From Octopus sinensis (lineage: Eukaryota): DNA of 6,785 bases. Positions 1 to 6,785 of this stretch are shown here, piece by piece (within the stretch, counting starts at the first letter, position 1; every line of letters begins with the position of its first letter). The stretch covers positions 1 through 6,785 of the forward strand of contig NW_021829073.1 of the NCBI RefSeq assembly GCF_006345805.1, read 5' to 3'. Position numbers and translations under genes: made by a program. A model generated the notes under the pieces. The model saw only the letters and a list, made by a program, of their open reading frames with translations. It did no database searches and was not told the origin of the DNA.

Positions 1-162
1 GTACTTAGGCACTCACCGATACACACTTAGCCGCATACATACTTTGAGTGGAGCAGAAGGAGCAAAATGGAAATAGTTCGACACATGTAAGAACGTGTTT
101 TGTTCCTTGCGTATGTTTAAGCACAGAAGCCTTATATGTATGCATATCCATGTGCGATAGAT

Positions 163-190
163 TGTGTGCGTACGTTTGTGTATGTGTGTA

Positions 191-240
<50 letters not shown>
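163..240. repeat. (TG)n microsatellite; pure (TG)23 at 195-240 with a degenerate lead-in
   Basis: Direct reading; it explains the HTHTHT/CVCVCV ORFs at 5-336. Confidence 0.97.
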
Positions 241-242
<2 letters not shown>

Positions 243-289
243 GCAGTGGCTGAGTGTATGTGCACATGAATGAGCTACAAGATAAAACT

Positions 290-1081
290 GAATTTTTGCC
301 AAGGAATTCCTGAGTACAATTTGTGTCCGTCATCATTCTCCGTTTCCAATTTCTTTCATATTCCTTACTTGTCTCTCCAGACTATACCAAATATTCCCTC
401 TTGCACCAGCAAAGTTCGTCTGGCACTCTTGACAAATAGCGTCTCAAGTTATTTCCTTCTGAGCTTATACAATTTCGACTGGTAAATTAACGCGCGTCCA
501 CATTTGTGCCTGGATAGATGCAACTCACCGGTATCGTTGTAAATCTTGATGCATTGTAAGAAGTTTTTCTTGATTTTTAATCCAGATTATGTAACTCTTC
601 TTTCCACCAATCAATAATATCGGCACTATACCTTAATATTTCAACCAGCCATATATAAATTGCTTGAATCATTCAGTTTTGATTGCTGAATCAGGGCAAG
701 ATTTCGGAGAAACTCTCTGGTTTAAAGCTTTTCTACAATTCTTTGTCCATCATTTCATTAATTTTCAATATATCCATGTATTTCACACACTGTATCATCA
801 ATCCTTTTCGTAAATTCCCCCCGAAGGATATGTTACATCTTCATCTCTGTTGGTATTCTCTCTCGCCAAGAATATTATTCCACATTTCTGAAGCCAATTT
901 CCATTTCCATGTCTCTGCTTAAGAAATGAACACCGTTCACTAAAGAGGAGTCTTGAGCTTCGTCATCATCATAGAATGTGTGGTCATCCATATACAATGG
1001 ATGGTTGATCTTTGGCTTTTTTTTTCATTTAAACTCATATCCAGATGTTACTTTTCTCTGCAGCAATGCTCTAGGAACTAT
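290..1081 (-). pseudogene. Decayed non-LTR retrotransposon reverse transcriptase fragment (RT core to thumb), R4/Dong-like RLE clade
   Basis: Manual minus-strand translation across stops and frameshifts gives IVPRALLQRKVTSGYEFK*KKKPKINHPLYMDDHTFY (YMDD at 994-983), LVNGVHFLSRDMEMEIG/QKCG (~930-879), KYMDIL (783-766), ILRYSADIIDWWKEELHNLD*KSRK/LLTMH (RYSADIIDW 633-607), DTGELHLSRHKCGRALI (535-485) and EGNNLRRYL. These are colinear with the R4/Dong-type pattern INHLLYMDDLKLY..EFGxxKC..KYLGI..RYxAGIIxW..ELxxLDRKTRKLLT..RLYxxRxxGGRGL. A possible degenerate GIFQGD..LLFVL lies at ~1163-1110. Ends approximate; clade from recalled motifs. Confidence 0.85.
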
Positions 1082-1316
1082 GCGCACGCGTAGCAACTCT
1101 CCCTATACACACTGTAGAAGAACAAAGCAGTCAGCCCACAGCAATATTTCTCTGAAGATTTCCTGAAAAATGGGTCGTGACATAGAAATATTGAAATATA
1201 CAGTTAAGGTACAAATTTGCATTGGCTTTCAAAAGCATTACGCAACCACACATATACAGATGCAAGTACATGCATATTCTACTTACATGCTTCCATCTGA
1301 ATGACCTGTACATATA

Positions 1317-2529
1317 TCAGGTCATTCCATAAGTTCTGTCCAATTTGTCCTATTTTTTAAATTGAATGAAATTTAATAGTATTTTAGAATGTCTTATAGA
1401 AATAAAAAATATTTTTATGCATTTGTGTACATTAAAACTAATTAAGTATTGTTTTACATAGTAATAAAATTAAAATTCCTTTGATTAAAACTCTTTCTAA
1501 CATGGAAGTATCCTCAGAGCATTTAAGGCACATAATGCTTTATGAGTAAAAAAAAAAGGAAACTCTGCAGCCGAAGCGACTCGAAACATACACTCAGTTT
1601 ATGGGAAAGTATGCTTGAATGAAAGAACTTGCAAAAGATGGTTTGCAAAATTCAGAAGTGGAGATTTCAGCCTTGAAGATGGAGATCGAACAGGACGACC
1701 AGTTGAGTTTGATGATAAGCTCCTTGAGGCATTAATTGAAGAAAGTCCTGCATAATCAGTTGAAGAATTGGCAATAAAGCTTAGTTAAAACCATACAACT
1801 GTTCATCGTCATCTTCTACAACTTGGAAAGGTCCCTAAACTTGGAAAATGGGTGCCTCATGAATTGTCCGAAAGCAACCGCAAATACCAAGTTGACATCT
1901 GCTCTTCTCTCCATTCTCGCGAACTCATTTCATTCTTTTTTGGATAGACTTGTGACTGGTGACGAAAAATCGATCTTATATCGAAATGTTAAACATCATA
2001 AGCAGTGGATTGGAAAAGGGAGCTTCATAGAAAAAAGTTATCTCTATCTGGTGGGACTGCAAAGGAGTAATTCACTTTGAATTGTTACCTCCTAATGCAA
2101 CAATCAATGCTCAAATCTACTGTCAGCAATTAGAGCATTTGAACCAAGCTTTGAAGAAAAAATGACCCGCTTTAGTGAATCGAAAGGAAGTGATGTTTCA
2201 TCAGGACAATGTGCGACCCCATACAACAGATATCACATCACAGAAAATCGAAGAGCTTGGTTGGGAAAAAATTCCTCATTCACCTTATTCTCTAGACCTT
2301 GCTCCTTCAGACTACAATTTGTTTTGTAGTTTGCAGAATTATTTGAGGGACATAACTTCCGCAAGCCAGGAGGAGGTCGAAACTGACATTTCAGAGTTCT
2401 TCGCTTTGAAACCAAAAACGTTTTACGTTGATGGGTCTAAAAAGCTCGTAAATAGAGGGAATTAAATAAAACATTTGATCACTTGTTTTCTTTATTCAAA
2501 ATTCGGACAGAACTTATGGGATGACCTGA
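1317..2529 (+). mobile_element. Mariner (Tc1/mariner, DD34D) DNA transposon, 1213 bp, inactive
   Basis: Left TIR TCAGGTCATTCCATAAGTTCTGTCC (1317-1341) and right TIR (2505-2529, reverse complement TCAGGTCATCCCATAAGTTCTGTCC) match at 24/25. TA flanks both ends (1315-1316, 2530-2531) and a transposase pseudogene lies inside. Confidence 0.97.
1502..2465 (+). pseudogene. Mariner transposase pseudogene
   Basis: ATG 1502 MEVSSEHLRHIMLYE, HTH region (RTCKRWFAKFRSGDFSLED..RTGRP), WVPHEL 1849-1866, VTGDEK (D 1961), IWWDCKG, HQDN (D 2205), HSPYSLDLAPSD (D 2310; 34 residues between D2 and D3). In-frame stops at 1547, 1753, 1786 and 2163; frameshifts at the A10 run (1548-1557), the T6 run (1936-1941) and ~2020-2031; short deletions near 2020 and ~2458. 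AATAAA (2465-2470) overlaps the stop. Confidence 0.96.
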
Positions 2530-2686
2530 TATTTACAGCAAAAAAGTCGAATTTGAAGTCGTCTGCTTGTGGACTAGTGTAGTTTTTCCGATTGTTGACG
2601 TGCTGAAGTAAAACTCCCTGCTACGTCAATTATCGTACATGTTTTATCTTTTCATTTTCGTTCACAGCAACAACGTCAGGATGTCG

Positions 2687-2780
2687 ATATATATATTTAT
2701 GTATATGTGTGTGTATGTATATGTATGAGTACGTGAGTGTGTGTTCGCGTATATGCATTTATATTAGACGTATATTACAC
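2687..2780. repeat. Degenerate TA/TG low-complexity tract
   Basis: Direct reading: gatatatatatttatgtatatgtgtgtgtatgtatatgtatg... Confidence 0.75.
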
Positions 2781-2785
2781 ATAGT

Positions 2786-3181
2786 GGAGGCGCAATGGCC
2801 CAGTGGTTAGGGCAGCGGACTCGCGGTCATAGGATCGCGGTTTCGATTCCCAGACCGGGTGTTGTGAGTGTTTATTGAGCGAAAACACCTTAAGCTCCAC
2901 GAGGCTCCGGCAGGGGATGGTGGTGATCCCTGCTGTACTCTTTCACCACAACTTTCTCTCACTCTTACTTCCTGTTTCTGTTGTACCTGTATTTCAAAGT
3001 GCCAGTCTTGTCACACTCTGTATCACGCTGAATATTCCCCGAGAACTACGTTAATGGTGCACGTGTCTGTGGAGTGCTCAGCCACTTACACGTTAATTTC
3101 ACGAGCAGGCTGTTCCGTTGATTCGGATCAACCGGAATTCTCGTCGTCGTAACCGACGGAGTGCTTCCATTCCATTCCATT
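2786..3181 (+). mobile_element. tRNA-derived SINE (~395 bp), probably an octopus OR-type (tRNA-Arg-like head) family
   Basis: A box TGGCCCAGTGG 2796-2806; B-box-like GTTTCGATTCC 2840-2850; GC-richer body; 3' stem-loops at 3113-3137 and CGTCG-TAAC-CGACG near 3145-3158; (TTCCA)3 tail 3165-3179; possible decayed TSD TTACACATAGT (2775-2785) / TTACAAATGT (3182-3191). Family name from recall only. Confidence 0.88.
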
Positions 3182-3455
3182 TTACAAATGTAAACAAAAT
3201 AGGACGGGGAAACAAAATTTCTTGCCTCCTTAGGATTAACATGCAGACGATATTTTCGTTTAAGATGCTGGATAATTTAACATACAAACTTTTAAGAGAT
3301 TATTTAATGAAAAGCGAAAAAAAAGCCTTTAAAACAATTATTAAAACAACAACAGAAACATTTACAGGATTAAGAAGTTTCGAAGAGCTCATGAAATGAC
3401 ATTTCGTAAATATAATATTTAACCCCCAAAGAAACGTATTAAGTGCTATTTGAAC

Positions 3456-3511
<56 letters not shown>

Positions 3512-3567
3512 TGATGATGATGATGATGATGATGATGATGACGACGATGATGATGATGATGATGATA

Positions 3568-3612
<45 letters not shown>

Positions 3613-3613
3613 T

Positions 3614-3656
<43 letters not shown>

Positions 3657-3740
3657 GATGATGATGATGATGAAGATAATGAGATGATGATAATAATAAT
3701 AAAATAATAGATAATTTATAATAATAATAATAATAATAAA
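3456..3740. repeat. Compound trinucleotide array (AAT)n-(GAT)n-(AAT)n
   Basis: AAT 3456-3511; GAT ~3512-3690 with GAC, AAT, GTT and GAA variants; interrupted AAT to 3740. It explains the poly-I/poly-D/poly-Y ORFs. Confidence 0.97.
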
Positions 3741-3741
3741 T

Positions 3742-4274
3742 GCCCTGGTGCAGTACCAGACAGTGGCTCTCATGGCTTCTGATCTTAACTGATTGGAAGT
3801 GTTATCATGTACATTGTTTTGTCTTGGTATAAAAGATGGGCTACAGCAAATATTCTGTTCACTACCACAAATTGGCTTGTCAGTTGTTTGACCTTAACCA
3901 GCTGATTGTGTCCCTTAGTGGCTGACGATATGTGCATCTCTGGGGGAGCATCATAGCCATGTTGAGAGGGATTCTTTGGGGTTTGAATAATTCACCTCTG
4001 GAAACATGGGTGTTTAGGTCAACATCCTTAAACAACCCTTATTCAGGGACCTTTTGAGCGGGATGGGTTATTCGACCAGAAGAAAATCCCAACTGGGCCC
4101 CACCTGTAAGGTCATGTGCTGTTTATCTTGATATGAGATCACCATGTCACGCACATATGGTTGTGATGCATGTGCCTGGTATACCCTTATCAGACGGGTA
4201 GTCATGATGGGTATATTGGGCTTCGTATATTTTACCCCAGTGTCACTTTGATGGCATGCACTGCTCTCTCACTC
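3742..4274 (+). mobile_element. 533-bp non-coding interspersed element inserted in (AAT)n; putative non-autonomous, microsatellite-targeted retroposon
   Basis: A GC-richer complex block (TGCCCTGGTGCAGTACC...GCACTGCTCTCTCACTC) with sharp edges and (AAT)n on both sides. No TIR, LTR ends, convincing A/B boxes or protein motif. It resembles a repeat I recall as abundant in Octopus assemblies (unverified). Strand inferred from the TAA-tail convention. Confidence 0.65.
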
Positions 4275-4290
4275 AATAATAATAATAATG

Positions 4291-4342
<52 letters not shown>

Positions 4343-4362
4343 TAATAATAATAATAATAATA
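4275..4362. repeat. (AAT)n microsatellite with two GAT interruptions
   Basis: Direct reading; source of the poly-N ORF 4170-4412. Confidence 0.97.
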
Positions 4363-4945
4363 GGACCGCAAAAAATGAAAACGGAATGAAAAAAGAAACT
4401 TGGAAAATCTAATTTTCCAATTAGACTTTCGTAATTACCTTTTCAGTGATTAATAAAATATTTTTTTACGTTAAAGTGGAAGAAAATATTTAAATCTGTT
4501 TAATTTCCTTTTCATGCCATGCTTAAAAACAGACTTAAAAATATATCAAAACGATTTCTTTTTTTATTTAAGTGGTATTCTCAGAGTATTTCATTACCAA
4601 ATATCTTGGAGAATTTTTTCTATTTTTTATTCATTGACGATTATTATTAATTTTTTTTTTTGTGAGTTGGATTTTTAAAAATTTATTTATTTGTTCCTGT
4701 CATTGGACTGTGGCCCTACTGGGGCAACATTTTGAAATATCTAGACAAACAAATCTGCCGCGGAATTGTTTTTGTTCTCTTTATTAAACCTAGTACATAT
4801 TGCATCGGTTTCTTTTTGCTGAAGTGCTAAGATACGGGGACATAAATAGAGAAACACCTGTTGTAAAGAGGTGGTTGTGGTGGTGTTATGGTGGTGCAGG
4901 AACACGAACGCAAAGTGACACACAAATAAATCCATCTATCTATTA

Positions 4946-5102
4946 CTCTCTCTCTCTCTCTCTTTATATATATATATATATAAATATTTATATACATATA
5001 TATGATATGTATATAAATACATATGTACGTATATATATATATGTACAATATATATATACATTAATATATATATACATATTATATATATACATATATATAT
5101 AT

Positions 5103-5152
<50 letters not shown>

Positions 5153-5181
5153 TAATATTATATATATATATATAATATATA
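4946..5181. repeat. (CT)9 followed by a long imperfect (TA)n array (~215 bp)
   Basis: Direct reading; source of the YIYIYI ORFs. Confidence 0.96.
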
Positions 5182-5528
5182 GGTGTAGGAGTGGCTGTGT
5201 GGTAAGTAGCTTGCTTACCAACCACATGGTTCGGGTTCATTCCCACTCCGTGGCATCTTGGGCGAGTGCCTTCTACTGTGGCCTCGGACCGACCAAAGCC
5301 TTCTGAGTGGATTTGGTAGACGGAAACTGAGAGAAGCACGTGGTATATATATAATATGTATGTATGTATGTGTGCGTATATGTTTGTGTATCTGTGTTTG
5401 TCACCCTAACATCACTTGAGACCGAAAGAATAAGTACTATGCTTCCAAAGATTAAATCCTGGGGTCGATTTGTCCGACTAAAGACGGTGCCCCAGCAAAT
5501 GACTGAAACAAGTAAGTGAGAAAGAGAG
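5182..5528 (+). mobile_element. tRNA-derived SINE with internal TA/TG microsatellite (common octopus family)
   Basis: A box TGGCTGTGTGG 5192-5202; B box GGTTCATTCCC 5234-5244; body ...CCAAAGCCTTCTGAGTGGATTTGGTAGACGGAAACTGA; internal microsatellite 5343-5400; 3' part AATAAGTACT..CTGGGGTCGATT..CGACT (similar to the Nin/Inv-type conserved domain as I recall it); purine-rich tail AAGTGAGAAAGAGAGA. A second homologous copy lies at 6444-6600. Confidence 0.88.
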
Positions 5529-5560
5529 ATATGTATATATCTATACCTATATATATATAT

Positions 5561-5805
5561 ATGCGCCCTTTTAAAGCCTAGCCAGGCTCATGGGCCCGGT
5601 TTCCCGGTTTTAATGGCGTGTGTCCCCCAGCTGGGTGGGACGCTAGTCCATTGCAGCGTTACTCATTTTTGCCAGCTGAGTGGACTGGAGCAACGTGAAA
5701 TGAAGTGTTTTGCTGAAGAACAGAGCGCGCCACCCGGTCCAGGAATCGAAAGCACAATCTTACGATCATTATGGTGACACCCTAACCACTGAGCCACACG
5801 CCTCC
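5561..5805 (-). mobile_element. tRNA-derived SINE (~245 bp) with CORE/Meta-like central segment
   Basis: Minus strand GGAGGCGTG-TGGCTCAGTGG (A box 5796-5786), CTTTCGATTCC (B-like 5752-5742), CAGCAAAACACTTCATTTCACGTTGCTCCAGTCCACTCAGCTG..AAATGAGTA (CORE-like), GCAATGGACTAGCGTCCC (Meta/V-like), 3' hairpin AGCCT-4nt-AGGCT 5575-5588, then a (TA)n tail. Domain names from recall. Confidence 0.88.
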
Positions 5806-5810
5806 GCATG

Positions 5811-5826
5811 CACACACACACACACG

Positions 5827-5902
<76 letters not shown>

Positions 5903-5924
5903 ATATATAATATATATATATATA
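5811..5924. repeat. (CA)n (5811-5900) joined to (TA)n (5901-5924)
   Basis: Direct reading. Confidence 0.97.
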
Positions 5925-6074
5925 CAGACATACATTCCTTTATGTACACTGTTTTGTTCTGCTTTTTTATGTTTAACCGTACAGTCCCTTATGTGGTGGT
6001 TAATAAAGTATGTGATTGAGTATTATCTGGTAATTGATATTGATTTAGATGTATTTCTCCATTTTCTTATCTTG

Positions 6075-6075
6075 T

Positions 6076-6115
<40 letters not shown>

Positions 6116-6136
6116 ATATTATATATATATATATAT
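6075..6136. repeat. (TA)n microsatellite
   Basis: Direct reading. Confidence 0.96.
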
Positions 6137-6244
6137 TATTGGTAAATTGAAGAAATGGAGCTGAACGAAGATTGAACAGAAATCGTTTTATAAAACGATT
6201 TCTGTTCAATCTTCGTTCAGCTCCATTTTTTCAATTCACTAATA
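6137..6244. repeat. 108-bp spacerless palindrome (54-bp arms, 51/54 paired, perfect 76-bp core 6153-6228)
   Basis: Centre TTTTA|TAAAA at 6190/6191; every position was checked. Mismatches only at 6141/6240, 6144/6237 and 6152/6229, all A/G-type transitions (two are G-T wobbles). Confidence 0.98.
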
Positions 6245-6396
6245 TATTTTACTTCAATTATCCGCACCAACGCACGGTTGCAACACCATATGGTTGTACC
6301 TCCAACCGTGCTGTCTTCTGCTGTGATTTTTGCTACCAAGGTATCGGTTAAACTTTTGATTAATCTGCTACAAGATTATTCATCTTTCTATTTCAC

Positions 6397-6398
<2 letters not shown>

Positions 6399-6438
<40 letters not shown>

Positions 6439-6444
6439 TATATA
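6399..6444. repeat. (TA)n microsatellite (internal tract of the old SINE to its right)
   Basis: Direct reading; its position matches the internal microsatellite of the 5182 SINE family. Confidence 0.95.
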
Positions 6445-6600
6445 CTGTGATATTCTTTCAGTTTTTCGCTACCAAATTGCAATCTCAACGCTTTGGCCTG
6501 CCAAAGACTACATTACGCATCAGTACCCCAAGGCAATAGGTGATAGGACAGACTCCAGAGGTACGTTGTTGAGAAACAAACGTCTCACCACACAGCCAAG
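6444..6600 (-). mobile_element. Old, diverged 5' half of the same SINE family as 5182-5528
   Basis: The reverse complement aligns colinearly with 5192-5349 at about 100/160 identities (manual count), sharing TGGCTGTGTGGT, CTTGGG, CCAAAGC, ATTTGGTAG, AAACTGAnAGAA and ending in GTATATAT. Confidence 0.8.
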
Positions 6601-6785
6601 CAATTTCATGTCGCATTTTATTCCGACATTGCCTGTTGCCATTATTTCTGTATGCAGCAATGGCAAAGTTCATAGCTGTTTACTAATAAATTAAATTTAA
6701 TAAGTGATCTCCTACTTAATATGTATATTGTTGGTTCAGTTAGGATTAAAGCTGGTTTCAGAATGAGTAATTGTTTAATCCGACA

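Noticed and set aside
40-140. Faint resemblance to SINE segments (TGAGTGGA.., GAAGCC before the microsatellite)
   Set aside because: Matches are too short and not colinear.
5-336. ORFs 5-265, 13-336 and 48-269
   Set aside because: They run through (TG)n; the only meaningful part is the tail of the RT fossil.
1170-1314. Possible continuation of the RT fossil up to or beyond the mariner (also 2532-2686)
   Set aside because: No recognisable upstream RT motifs (e.g. D..KAYDSV) in any minus-strand frame.
2640-2705. Polypyrimidine tract plus CAG, a splice-acceptor-like site at ~2667
   Set aside because: No convincing exon or donor follows; it runs into low-complexity DNA.
2786-2860. tRNA gene call for the SINE heads (also 5182 and 5805)
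   Set aside because: A/B boxes are present, but there is no proper acceptor stem or cloverleaf and each continues into a SINE body.
3118-3399. 93-aa ORF ending FTGLRSFEELMK
   Set aside because: It starts inside a SINE tail, has no recognisable domain, and fits an AT-rich chance ORF.
3300-3773. Poly-Asp/poly-Ile/poly-Tyr ORFs (also poly-Asn 4170-4412)
   Set aside because: These are translations of trinucleotide arrays, not acidic or biomineralisation proteins; no flanking coding context.
4400-4425. Overlapping alternative hairpins TTGGAAAA/TTTTCCAA and TCTAATT/AATTAGA
   Set aside because: 7-8 bp stems in very AT-rich DNA are expected by chance.
6137-6244. CRISPR, prokaryotic terminator or viral hairpin-telomere interpretation of the palindrome
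   Set aside because: Eukaryotic repeat context, no repeat-spacer array, and no viral, resolvase or Rep gene in the window.
4800-6694. YIYI/HTHT/CVCV ORFs and the 138-aa ORF 6278-6694
   Set aside because: They cross (TA)n or (CA)n arrays and the antisense of SINEs.

Overview
Eukaryotic, AT-rich, repeat-saturated DNA with no supportable host gene, most likely intergenic or intronic. The SINE families and microsatellite density resemble octopus (coleoid cephalopod) DNA; that assignment is from recall and was not searched. Left to right: (TG)n; a heavily decayed R4/Dong-type non-LTR reverse transcriptase fossil on the minus strand (INHPLYMDD), missed by the ORF track; a near full-length, dead DD34D mariner with 25-bp TIRs and TA duplication; a tRNA-derived SINE; a 533-bp non-coding element embedded in (AAT)n arrays; a long (TA)n; two SINEs tail-to-tail; (CA)n; a (TA)n-flanked ~260-bp module that opens with a 108-bp spacerless palindrome; and an old inverted SINE copy. 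Nearly all listed ORFs are microsatellite or transposon artefacts. The best candidates for under-described biology are two microsatellite-embedded elements: the (AAT)n-flanked 533-bp element (possibly a headless, Dong-mobilised retroposon) and the (TA)n-flanked fold-back module. Both may already exist in repeat libraries.
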